Shown here: in pieces, positions 11,301-24,200 of the stretch
Position numbering within the stretch: position 1 is the first letter of the stretch
Layout of the letters: the number at the start of each line of letters is the position of its first letter
The notes under the pieces: generated by a model
Told to the model about the DNA's origin: nothing
The model's database searches: none
The model's input: the letters and a program-made list of their open reading frames with translations, nothing else
Made by a program: the position numbers and the translations under genes
Assembly: GCA_964035545.1 (NCBI GenBank)
Contig: OZ037766.1
Location: 22,370,767 to 22,434,766, forward strand
From: Bugula neritina
Lineage: Eukaryota > Animalia > Bryozoa
Direction of reading: 5' to 3'
Length of the DNA: 64,000 bases

Positions 11301-13629
11301 CTGATGCAAGCGGCTATGTCATACTCAAAGACTCCATCTGTGCAGGAGGTTACTGCGATTCACAGGTATATTACAGTATCAGCAGGTGCTCTAGAGCACT
11401 ATGTGACAGATGCCAGTGTGTTGACACACTATTATTATGTTTATATTATTATTACAGGGTATCTGCCAAAAGCAATCGACTGATATTGTTGCGAGGATTT
11501 GGGAATTCTTTGAAGATTTAACTTTTAATAGTGTTGGTAAGTTAACTGCTGACAGCTGTATACATGTTGTGTAGAATAGAACTCTATGGCGCTGTAAAAT
11601 AGAATCCATCATTTTCACTTTACCTAAGTTATGTATATTTTATGAGCATTTATGAATGTTACATAATATTGAGTTTGCAGGTAGTTTTTTTGCACATGAC
11701 TATTATTAATTCTTAAATCTTGTATTGGCAGTTGGGTGTTCAACAGTCTTGAGCTTGTTCATGTATTGCCTTGTTTATTTGACAGTGGCTTTCATGAAGT
11801 CAAACATAGCTGGGACTGTTGCAGTCTTTTCATTCATACTCTGGCTGCCTTGTGTTATTGCCGTGTATTGTTACGTAAGTTCTTTTTGCTTTCATACTAT
11901 ATACCATATTTATTAACACTACACGTGTATACTGCACACTGCAATGTAAGCTTTATATTGCATTATGCTATACATTTTATATCCTGTACATTGCTATACT
12001 ATATATCTTACATTGCTATACTATATAGTGTATATACTATACCATATACTACACATTGCTATACCATTCACCATACTTTGCTATACTGTGTACTGTGCTA
12101 TATACTACACATTGCTATACCATTCACCATACTTTGCTATACTATAATTTATGTTATATACTTGTCGTCAATACAGGATAAGAAACAAGAGAAAACTGCA
12201 AAACTAGAAGAAGATGCCTTCCGTTCCATAGTAAGTCCTGTTGCTTTCATGTGCCGTTCAGCCAGACGTTCCTCTTCTATGGAACACCACATAACCTACA
12301 TTCTATTATCAGCTATTGTCTTTTTGTTGGCTAATTTTCAAACCTCTGTAGGATTCCAACCACCACTTTCTCTGCACAAAGTCATTGTATTCCATCGTCC
12401 AGCAAAATTATTGGATATTTTATGTTTGTGTGGTCAGTGCATTGCATGCATAATTCTTGTAGTCTGTTAGAGAGTCTAAATCTAAGTCGCACAGAACTGC
12501 GGGTAAGATGCATATGTTTGCAACCCGTCCCTCTCTCCTCTCCTAATTATCCTGAAATATATAATGTGTGTTAGTTTAATTGTAATGCATCATATATCTA
12601 CATTCAATAGTTTTAAGCTGAACTTGGCCTGCCAGGCACTGCATGGTTTTTTATACTCAAATAATGAAGTATGCAGTTTTTGCCCTTTTTATTACAATAA
12701 TTATATGGTTTGAAAATTAGACTTAGTTCCATTTGATGCTCCGCTTGGCTTAATAAACCAGCAGGCTAGAACTGAATGCATTGTGTGATATATTAAAGGC
12801 TGTTTTCCAATCGATGCACTTGATAAATAAGTTAAATTCAACTTTTACAGATACAATTACTCAATTTTTCTACTCAGGCCAAAGTTTTTTTAAATCACAG
12901 TAATAATAAATTGTTTTAGAACGTTTCTACTTGCCATCTTGATCACTCAAAAATACTGAATACTTATTAGTTTTCTATACAATGGCACCTTTACAATCAA
13001 TCCCCATCAAAGAAAGCAAAACCCTGTTCGTCCATTCCTACCATAATGTCCATGCTTTGCAACTCGCTGCATGTTATTATTCTATTAGGCCAGTGAATGT
13101 ATAATACTGTGAGCTTGTAGGATGATCTAATACCCTGTCTTGTAACTTATGTCTATTAGTACATGTCTAATATGTAAATAGATGATTTACTGTTATGATA
13201 GTAATTGTTGATGGTACATCTTCGGCTTTGAGCTAAATTAATTTAATAGTTTGAGCTAAATTAATTTAATAGTTTGAGCTAAATTAATTCAATAGTTTGA
13301 GCTATCAATTGTCCAAAAGGTGCTGGCAGTGGGGTTTGAACCTTAACCCCCTACTTAGTAAATAATGTGGAAGGAATCCTCTACCACTGTGCTACCAGAC
13401 CAAACCTAAAGAGACAAATTTAATGTGCTTACCAAAGCTCTTTTGGTAGTGCTGTAAATAAGGTCTTTTCCGCACCAGTACGTGAATAGATGCTGTTCAA
13501 AGCCCATTATCACTGTGTTTTTATCTTGAAGTTAGTGCCAATATATTTCAATTGTCATTTTTTTATTTTAATTATTTTGTTGTTTATATTGGCTTTTGTC
13601 TAATTGCAGCGAAGGTTTCCAGTAGATAG
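2349..13629 (+). CDS. ADAM17: ADAM17/TACE-like disintegrin and metalloproteinase, about 776 aa, 20 coding exons (last two tentative)
   Basis: Exons 2349-2415, 3111-3392, 3783-3874, 4229-4323, 4522-4637, 4891-5012, 5144-5227, 5808-5918, 7192-7345, 7715-7837, 8267-8455, 8936-9056, 9391-9558, 10871-10956, 11127-11365, 11458-11536, 11786-11874, 12177-12230, 12463-12502, 13610-13629, all in phase. Motifs: signal peptide, furin sites RARR and [36 protein letters not shown], zinc motif [12 protein letters not shown] (split by an intron), Met-turn YIMY, disintegrin EECD..CC, CKLC, CANDIS-like [13 protein letters not shown] and TM segment [16 protein letters not shown]. Confidence 0.93.
9586..10759. 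mobile_element. Non-autonomous hAT-like DNA transposon (MITE) in an ADAM17 intron
   Basis: 12-bp perfect TIR CAGGGTTGGGGT...ACCCCAACCCTG. Exact 8-bp TSD GTAGGTAG at 9578-9585 and 10760-10767. Subterminal arrays of GTAATT at both ends. No transposase ORF. Confidence 0.9.
9842..10487. mobile_element. Second TIR element nested inside the hAT MITE
   Basis: TIR TAGGGTCATTCCATGCCA (9842) and TGGTATGGAATGACCCTA (ends 10487), one mismatch in 18. The flanks are duplicated: a 3-bp TSD TAG with these ends, or a 7-bp TSD TATAGTA if the element is 9844-10485. Superfamily not assigned. Confidence 0.8.
11960..12145. repeat. Degenerate minisatellite (about 56-bp duplication, CATTGCTATAC sub-units) in an ADAM17 intron
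   Basis: ATATACTACACATTGCTATACCATTCACCATACTTTGCTATACT occurs at 12044 and 12100. It accounts for the spurious Tyr/Ile-rich ORFs in this region. Confidence 0.8.
13227..13396 (-). mobile_element. Decayed tRNA-derived SINE-like element with a 23-bp tandem tail
   Basis: The minus strand reads GGTAGCACAGTGGTAGA (A-box-like)...GGTTCAAACCCC (B-box-like), followed 3' by about 3.4 copies of TTTGAGCTAAATTAATTTAATAG (13227-13304). No intact cloverleaf. Confidence 0.5.
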
Positions 13630-15283
13630 AAGAGTTGTAAGCCGTCCACAGTTTCACTGATTGATTAGAATGTAGACAGATCACAGATAAGTTGATCTTA
13701 GTAGAAATCTCTTATATAGATGCGGACAGAGTCAATCCTGATTATAATATAGAGTTTTATGACCCCAGTGACAGATGAATACAGTCAGGCTGTAGAGTAG
13801 AGTAGCTAGTAGTGTAGAGTATATAATGAGACTCAGGGTCTCAGACACTGTGTACTTACCAAATGTGTGGCCCTTTCAGTGATGCTGAAATATAAGTGCT
13901 TTTAATAGATTTACAATATTTCTATATTTTACTGATACTTCATAGTTATAGTTTACGAATTCTTGTATATAGAATTATTTTATGGAGTACTGAAGTCATG
14001 GTAGTAAATATACACATAAAACATTTTCTATTTCTGTTACCTTTTGTATATATTACGTTATAATGTTTATTCTATAAATTGGCGTGTCAAGGTAACTTCC
14101 AAACTTGAATGTTTTTGCTCATGAGTATTGTATTTGCGTTGTTAGCATGTAAAGGCTTAGCGTACAACTTACTAGATTCCCATGACTCACTCCAACTGAG
14201 AAAACTGTGTCAATACAATATCTGCTGCATCATTTTATAGAAAATAGGTTTGAAGTTAGTGAATGGCAAAATATAATTTTGGCGATGACTAAAGTGCCTA
14301 ATTGTGATGAGATTTTACCCTTTGATATTATTGGTTCATTTACTTATAATCCTGGTTGTTAACCACTTATGCTGCTGTTCATCTTTCATATTTGCAATGA
14401 ACCTTATGGCCATTTTAATAAGGTTCAATATAGTTTGGCAAAAACCTTTTTTGCAAGCTAATCTTTGTTTTAATTGGCGTTTTTTGCTTATGTTTGTATC
14501 TAGAGATTTTAAAATATTGTTTTAAAATCAATTTCTTATGGATAATATTTTCTTTTAATATATTGTTTGTTTCTAAACTTGAGCACCTCTTATCACATCA
14601 TTCTATTTCTTCTATTTTCTTATGCCATTTAATTCAATAAATAGAGAAACTATTTATAAGTAGTACTTTATTGATTATTTTATACATTTTAATTGCCATC
14701 AATGGCTAAAAAAATAAACACATTATTTTAACAACAGTAAATATGCATAGCATTCAACATTGATAAAATGAATTTTGGATCAACATGATCAAAATTAGTT
14801 AACTGTTGGATTAGTTACACTTTGTCACCTACCCATCTAGACACATATCAGAACTTGTAACAACATTTAGTTCTCAAGTCGAACTAAAATCAACCAAAAA
14901 GATAGATTTTATGATCATAAAACATAGACTTCTCAATAGTATATAAACACTATTTAACTAAGAGATTGTTTGGTGTTATGCAGTCAACAGTAACTTGCAC
15001 TGATGCCATAAAAACTGACGCATGGGACAGATTATACTAACTGCACATTCTGACAGTTATGAATCAGCTAATATCCAAAAATGTAACACAATAGTGTACC
15101 TATGATAAAATTACCTAGTTTCAAAACATTAAAGCTATATACCCAATAGTCAACAAATAGTTGAGTTTAAAATTGACAGTGATTGACCTGAAAATTGACA
15201 TAAAAGAAGTGGAATGGTTGCGTAGCAAAATGCTAGTTAACTTTACGAATGGTTGGCACGGTTTAGAGCTTAGGCAGATGGGG

Positions 15284-18200
15284 CTAATTATTGTGTCCCG
15301 ATTGCTCAATGGTAGTTTTTCGGGACCGAAGATTGTGTTTGTTGCGTGAGGTGGTAGAATCCCCATGATTGTCAGGACTGCTATTGGCTTTATTGTGAAC
15401 TGCCAAGTTATTGGCCGTAAGAACTGAATGACTGCTTGCTGTTTTTCCATTGGCTGCTGATAATTCTTTCTTCCCAAGTCGAGATTTCAGGAGTTTGGCA
15501 AAGATGTAGACGGCTGCAAGTGAGCTGAGGGCCTGCAAGAAGAGTTGGTAAAAACTTATGGGATGAGTAATGTCTCGGTATGATTCATCAATACTTAGTT
15601 ATTATTTCCTTTTTCATAAGTTGAAACAAAAAGAATTTCAAAGAAAGAAAAATCTGGTACATGTTGGTATTGTTCACAAAAAATATAAATTGTGTTCAGT
15701 CATTACACAGATATAAAATGACCATTAAGAAAAATATTAGAGTCTTTATTAATCTACAGAGTCAAATATTTCGGTTAAAAAAACTAAGCCTTACTTTAAA
15801 ATCAGTTATATTAATTATACGTGAAAGTAGTGAACTGCAGATTACATACCAGAGCTATAAACCAGTAGACTAGAAGTGAGGTCTGAGTCTGAACAATGAG
15901 GGTGTAACCAAACTTCATACAGACAATCAGTTCGCACATATTGATAGCCCTATAAATAATGTACCAGCAATATTACCTTCAGAACAAGAAGAGCACATGT
16001 CATATATACAGGTATAAGAAATAAAAGAGAGAGATGATTATTTCTTATAAGAAAATAGTGCTCAGCATTGTTAATATAAATTAACCTAATATAGGATTTC
16101 CTAAAACATGTCACCTGTGAGACGGAAGACAGCTTTCGCTGAAGATGTGACAATGGTCATGAAAGAGCTTCAAGTTAAATTATTCACACTACAAGTCAAA
16201 ATATTTGCTGAGCATCTAAAAGAGTTGACAGTTGACTGACGATTGTCTGTTGGAACAGCTAGTCTGCCATTTACCAATCTGGAAACTTATTAAAACAAAC
16301 CTACACTGGTTAGTCAACACAATTGCGAAGAGGTGATAGACTGCATAATGAACTTACATGTAGACCCATGCTTGGGTTCCTAACCTAGTGCACCGGGTGT
16401 CCGTAATATAGCTGTAATACTGTTTAATGGCGGGTGCCGAGATCATTCCAATGAACACAATGCGTCCAAATGTCAGCCTGTGATTGGTCGGAACATGGAA
16501 GATATGTTTGAGAAAGAAAGTATTGAGCTCTGTTACCTGCAATATATAAATGAATAAATGTTGCTAGAGAAGTGAAAGTAGTAAGTCACGCCCACTACTC
16601 TCAAGTGAGGGTCAAGAGGTTACCTGGAAGAGTATAACTAGTATAGTCACGCCCACTACTCTCAAGTGAAGGTCAAAAGGCTACCTGGAAGAGTATAACT
16701 AGTATAGTCACGCCCACTACTCTCATGAAGCTGGAGTTAGGGTCCAGCCATTTGTTTGCTGTCCACGTCTCAGGTGTCAGCTGCAGAACAGCACGACGGA
16801 TCTTTCCTGTTGTTGACTGAATGTCTCTGTGAAACGTAATTAAGGATATTAGAATATAATTAATGCTGTAATATGCTGCAGCAAAAACATTACATACTTC
16901 AAAAATTGCAATAATAAATAGCCACACTGGTTGAAATGAACCCGTCACCAAACAACTTAAAAAAGCTACCTTGTAGAGTCTATAATTCAAGTTAATATTT
17001 TAGGCCTCTATATTGCACGTGCTAGCAACACTATATGAGATACATGCCACATAACACACACACACACATGCATGTGCGCACACACAAGGTATATCCCAAC
17101 ATTAGAACATACTTTACACTTTCCCAATGATACGTTCTCAGCTCCATCTTCTTACAGATCCACATACCAATATGGATGCCCAGCCCATTGCATAAAATAA
17201 CATCAAACATTATGCTATCCCACCAACACTCGGCAAAGTTAGGGAGGAGATGAAGGAATGCCAACTAAACAGATATATAAGAAGGCAAAATTAAAATGTT
17301 TAGATATTAACATCTCAACAATTCACATGCATGCAACATACTATGTTATAAGAGCGAGTATTCAACACTGTGTTTAAAAATCATGAAGAAAACCAGTTAT
17401 CCAATGATATAAAACAAAACATAAAAAAACTGTTCTAGGTGTTGACTTTAAAAATATTCTGTTAGAAGTAACAGATAAATTAGCTTCAATACCAACTATG
17501 GTGATATTTTAGAGGACAACTCCAATATAAAACGATTTGACACACCTCAGTAAACTCCCAACCTAGACTGATGACCCAGCACAGTCCATAGTGACGGATA
17601 AGGAGGGCTTTCATAATCCACCCAACTATGTGTGCAAACACATATACATCAACATGCCCTATCATTCTCTCCAATGTTATATTGTCACAGTTCTGAGCAT
17701 AGAGCTACAATTTAATACACACATAATTATAGTGCATAATATATCAACACCTCTAGTGTTGTAGATCCTATAGTTCAAAGCAGTATTAAACATGTAATTT
17801 AAACAAATTAAACTTTACCCATGAAATTGCACTTCTTATATTTATCAATGTAGTAATTCGTGGAATTATATGGGCTAAAAATTTAAGCTAAAACTAATTC
17901 CAGCCGAATTAAAATATCTTTTTAATAACATTTTCGTTTGACAACAAATTTCGAAATCAAAGTGATACTGGATTAATAAAAAAAAATGTGTAGAATATAA
18001 ATTAACTCAACTCTACAAGGTCACAACTGCATTTCATATAACACTAATAAACACACTCCCAAATCTTATGACCTTGTGTTGTGTAATTAATCTTGAGAAC
18101 TCAAGCTTTGATTTCTTGTTATTTTCATCAAATGTTTTTGCAACATTTTGAAACTTTTAATTTTTTAATTATTGACCCAACTTTGTTAACAATAACTAGT

Positions 18201-21200
18201 GCTTCTTTAACATTCAAGTTATATTCCCATGCTAACACTATTCGTGTTTCATTCAATAAAATCATATCTAGCACCTTCAACAAGATTGCCAACTTACTAC
18301 AGATATTTCTTGACACACACTTATAAGTGTAACACATGACCTTCAACTTATACATATAACACATGACCTTCAACTTATACATATAACACATGACCTTCAA
18401 CTTATACATACAACACATGACCTTCAACTTATACATATAACACATGACCTTCAACTTATACATACAACACATGACCTTCAACTTATACATATAACACATG
18501 ACCTTCAACTTACAGGTAGAACTAAGGTAAAGTTCTTCAACTCTGGACACGCCCATCCAATTATATAGCGTACAGTATTGTAGTTCTGGAAGATGACAAA
18601 TACTAGACTGAGGAAGTACAGAACACTCAGGCCTACAGAATACAAAGTTAACAACAAAACACATCAAAATAATACGCAAAACAGCATAAACAAAATTTTC
18701 TCTATACATTGTTTCATTTATACAAGCAATTACTTCATACTTCAAAACTGACTAATTCAGTACTTGCACATTGAGTACACATACAGGTGCAAAACTATCA
18801 TTATTTGTTATTTTGGAGAAAAAACTAACTTGGTACAATTTATGCACATGTATACATGATTATAAAAGGAATATTAATTTTTTTCACTAAATATAAAGTT
18901 TTACAGAAAATTAGATTTTAAATGATAGCTTCAAGTATTTCACAGAGAACTTCAAATTGTTGCGCAGACAATATTTCGTGAGTGGCCAACAGAAACCCCG
19001 AGAGCACAACTTCTGTGCACACGAAAATATTTGTTAATCACTTTTTAGTAAACTTGATACACAAACCTACTTTAAGCAATACCGCAGCGGAACAATAAAT
19101 ATGTATACCACAAGTAAGCCATTAGTGAACATCTGCTTATAATATAGGAATAAAACGTAGTATACAAAGTTTATATATTCACCAAATATACTTCTCCATA
19201 TTAGAGGGTGAGGGCGAGTGAATGGACCTGAAAATAAAACGTACTATAATAAAATATACAACAAGCATACAATGCAATCTACTGTATATCACAGAATTTG
19301 TTGAACAAACTTCTAAGAGTTATCTTCTCTATACTTATTATACATGATGGAGTATTTAGTACTCCAATAGTTGCAGTGATTTGAAAAAGTCACTGACCAA
19401 TTACAAAACTAATACAAATTAATCACAACTATTTTCTTACAATTTACTAAAACTACACAAAACTACACACATTTTTATTGATATACTTCTCACTATTAAA
19501 TTACACAAATATATTTACACTAACTACTTAAGCCAACATATTTACACTATGTACTTATACTAACACATTTACACTCATTAACATACACTAACATATTTAC
19601 ACTAACATACTTACACTACATACTTACATCAACACCGTGTACTTACACTAATTTACTTCCACCAACACATTTACACTACATACTTACACTAACCTATTTA
19701 CACTAATGTACTTCTACTAACACACTCACACTACATACCTACACTACGTACTTACACTAACACATTTACACTACACACTTAAACTGACCAAGTGACACGA
19801 CTCACCATTAGGAAATGCCAGACTGCTGATTATCAAAAAGAAAAGTATTATGCAGAGACCGCCCTTCCATAGGTTACTCTCGATACTGGAATCATCTCTG
19901 TAACATATTCAGCACACTTTATAAAACAAGTAGTATTACAAACTTACAGCAAAAACCATTTCTAGCACAGGCAACCAGTGAGTAAAGAAATGGAGAGAGA
20001 AATTAGATAATGAGGTAGAAACTTTACCAGATATTGTAACTTCAGATTAATAACAATAACCACACCACCGATACCAAAGATAAATATGTGTATACAAACT
20101 TTGAATACATCCAAATACATCAACCTGACTTTCCAAATAGGTAGAACTGAGTACAACCGACTGGCTACTACTACAAGGTGAAGGTAAGAGTTGAATGCTG
20201 ACAACTACAGATGATGCGGCAGCATGAAAACTTGCAGAGTTCAACAATCTGCTGCTAGTATACAACTGTGGTGTGTTGAATGCTACGAGACCTTTACTTT
20301 ATGCAGTAAAGTTGACCAATAAGAACAGGGTAACACAGCAAGTGTAACAAACACTAAAAGGATTCGGGCGTAATCAATAACTACAATATATTTACGCAAT
20401 GGGGATGATGGAGACATCTAAGCTTTAAAATAAGACAACTCTAACTGTTTCAAATAAAATCAGAATGCTATCAGCTCCCTGTTACACTCTGTTTATGTTT
20501 TGAAATGTTGCTTATGATAGGTTTTTGTAAAAAATATTTTAAAATTATTGTATTGCACAAACAGATAATTCAGCAGGAAATTTAGACAAATCTCAAATAA
20601 AAAGATTCTGCATATAGAAGATAAAAATTACTCTCAAGTGTTTGTTTCCTAACATCTGTGCAACAGTGACAACATTACCAAAGGAAGTCAATTTAAAAGC
20701 ATGACTAATGAGAGAAAATCTGTAAATATTTATTTCCATAGAGCAGACCTCTTGTTGGGCAGCAGGAAAACACGGGTGTTCAGTGAATGTGGACTATTAA
20801 AACAAATGGGAAATAAGCTTAATGCACCTTTATTCAAAGTGAGTCCCTTTGGCTAGACTCTAAACTGGTCTAAACCAAATATTTTAGTTAGATAGTAAAC
20901 TGACAGAAAACAAATAGTATGGTGAGTGACACAGTAAGCTCATAATGTTCAATTTGGGTAGAATATCCAATAGATTATACAACCACGTACAATCTAAGTA
21001 ACTGAAAATTATTTAACTCCAAAACTCTTGTAGAAATACAAGCACAAGATTTGTCAGTTTTATTACAAAAAAGCTACAAATATGATCAAACAAGCTACCT
21101 GTTTCAATAAACAGAAAATATATTTTGCACTATGCACATAAATCTACATTGAAAAAGCATATACAAATTCAGATTTGTGTTCAGATATATGTTCATGCAT

Positions 21201-24200
21201 ATTACTTTTCCAAACACTTCAAGGCTATACACAACAAATAAAACGTGTTTCTCTGTACTGCCATTGATTTGCTGAGTATTTACAAGGAATTCTTTAAGCA
21301 AAGAAGAGTTAGATGTCCCAACAGATAAGACCTTAGCAAACATAGCCTTAGGGTGCTGGGTATTTGCGTGATAGTTCAGCATGTGTCTATTCACACACCG
21401 AGCCTCTGGGTTCACAGTACAAAGTTTCCACATGCATGTGGTGAATGGGAAAATTTACTGTGCATGCGGGCAATCCACCGCCACTTATCTTTTGGGTATA
21501 CCGCTGTTTAGCAAAATATTCCACCAATACTACAGCACATGATAGAGGTGTGCATTTTGGAGCTGATACTGGTGTTTACATATTACTTCGTATGTATTTG
21601 ACATATAGAAGTGACGTAAATTATAGTAATTCTTAAATAAATGCCACTCAATAGGTGCCCATAGCTGATCAAATGAATATGCATTCACTTATGTTTTTGA
21701 TTCATTGGTTTTGGATATGTTTATAATAGTACAATATCAATTACTGCAAACACAAAGCATTTAGTATAAGTACTTGAAAACCAATGCATGCTGAGTAGAT
21801 GACTGCGGCTTCAAATGAAATACCAAAACTGTTTCAAACAGAGGCCTCTGGCTATCAACGATGCCTCGTAATTAGTGTATTCATAAAATCAATAGAGATC
21901 AACTATTTCACTATAGTGTAGCATACTCATGCTCTTTGAATAAATAACATCTATTGTGTAATTTATGTATTCACAGCTAGGGTTTATTACTATGATTAAG
22001 CTCCTTGCAAGGTAAAAAATCCAACATGTTATAAGAAATTTGATCTAAAAATGTGTTAAGGGAGAGATAAATTTTGAGATTTGGTATTCAATGTGAAAGT
22101 AACACTGAGATACAGAACTTAGCAATTCAAAAGAATTTTATTTGTAAGTGATAAAAAAAATCTGATGTTTTAATTGATAAAGAATTTTGAAATATAAATG
22201 TCAACTTATTATTAAAAAAACAACATCTGTTTGCCATTTTTCAACTTATTGAGTTTGACAGAGGAAACTGAGAACAGCTGCATTGTTCTTACAAACTGCA
22301 CCCAACATTTGCCAAAGATGTTTTATTTTATTCAGGGCCATATGCTATATTAACTTTATGTTTTAGTAAAATCTATCTGTGAAAAACTTATTTTCCTTAC
22401 TACTTTGATAGTCATCTGCATATTGCAGCAGCCACCATTTCACTGCAGGGAGCAACAATTCACATGTGCAAATCAGATGGAATACCCCAACCATAACTTG
22501 TATCACTGCAATTAGAAATGACTGTCTAAGTAACTGCATCTATTACAAAAAGGCTATATTGGGAAACATGAATACATTTTTAATGAGTGTATTGTAGGTT
22601 AGATTATAAACCGAAAAGCAGAAACTGCAATGCTTCTGGTTCCACATATAAATACAACTAACTGGATACAGTGTCCTAATAAAAAGTTTACTTCCTGTGA
22701 ACAGAAAAAGTAGTTTTGAATAAAAGCTAAAGTTGGCTAGTTCTCATTTTTGTGAAGCCTTTTAATCCCAAATCTGAAATTATCTGTGTAAAATCTCAGT
22801 AACGCTTGACTATTACTATTAGCTAAGGTAGAGGTATAACCTCCTTTGAGTAACCTGTTACCCAGTGTAAAACTGCAGTCAAACAAGTTGCCAGTACTAC
22901 TATTCGACGACACATGTTTTACAACTAATAGTATAAGCTATGATAGCTCCGTTTGCTTTGACTCAAGAATTTAAGAATAAAGCTACAGGTCAACTGTCTA
23001 AATTAAAGTTTCATCAAAATACAAATAGCTAATAACCATAAAGGCTATATTATACCAATTTTAAATTTTTTGTTAATTAATATTATCACTATTATTAAGC
23101 ATATTCATACTATTAAATTATATTATTAGCATTTATTGTGAATTTAATTTTGATTTCCCTTTTACAAATTATTTAATAAAAATTAAGCTTATAATATTAT
23201 GTAGTACTAGACTACTAGTTGGTACTTGAACTTGTAGGGTATTGCTGTTTTTATTTAGTATACTCTAAAGTAAATCCAATACAGCTACACTAGCACACAA
23301 TACCTATATTGACAATGATACTAGTTTAATTTTATAGTGACCCTGATAGTTATACAAATAGTCATTATGATAGTATTAATATTATCATTATAATTATCAT
23401 TGCTAACTTATTTTTTCAAAAATTCAGTAATTCAAATTGCAACACTTAAAAATGCAAGTAGTCACTATGATACTAATAGTAATACTAATAGTGATATTGA
23501 TAGTGATAGTCATACTCATACTGAGCAATACTCATACTGATAGTGTTACTCATACTCAGTCATAGTGACTAGTGAGTATCGTAAATCATAAAGATAAAAT
23601 AATCATAGTCACCCAGTCTTACTCTTACTGAGTAATTAGTCTTAGCTCTAGAATTGAAAATACTGAGTGTTTATGGTTAGTACCTAAAAGTAAAGTTAGT
23701 ACTAATAGTTTAATAAGTCTAATTAATTACTATTACTAGTTACACTTAGAGCTAGTGACTTTAAATTATTGTTACTAGTAGTAGAAGATGTAGTAGTTAC
23801 TGTTACAGTTAAACTTGACTCTTGAGTGTAACTGTTTCTCCTAAAGCCCAACCTAAGAATAAGAGTAAGACTAGGACTGGAGTAAGAGTGACTGTGAGGG
23901 TCAAGAGTTAAGACGCTAAAACTAACACTAAACATTTACACTAACAGCAACCTTAACAGTAACACTAACTGTAAGTGTAACGGGCAAGGGCTAAGAGTAA
24001 CTGCAGGGGCAACCGCTAAGAGCTAACTGCTAAGGCCTAAGACTAAGAGTAACTGTAAGCGTAAGTTTAACAATAAGTATAACATTAACTTTAACTTCAA
24101 GTTTAAGCTTACCTTGTAAAAGCCAAATACACAAGCCCAACAAGAGATATTGACAATACAGTGATTGTATGAGGTTTGTAAAAATAATCTAAAGTAATAT

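Noticed and set aside
11736-12470. 244-aa Tyr/Ile/His-rich ORF
   Set aside because: It runs through an intronic low-complexity repeat. Only DKKQEK...FRSI is a real ADAM17 exon.
13321-13396. tRNA gene
   Set aside because: A/B-box-like motifs are present but there is no convincing acceptor or anticodon stem. Treated as a SINE remnant.
18128-18745. 205-aa ORF with KLKVMCYMY repeats
   Set aside because: It is the translation of the 27-bp minisatellite plus an off-frame read of PTDSS1 exon 4, not a gene.
23723-23935. Ser/Thr-rich ORF in PTDSS1 intron 1, and similar ORFs at 1405-1587 and 636-706
   Set aside because: By-product of the A[C/G]T hexamer periodicity. There is no splice or homology support.
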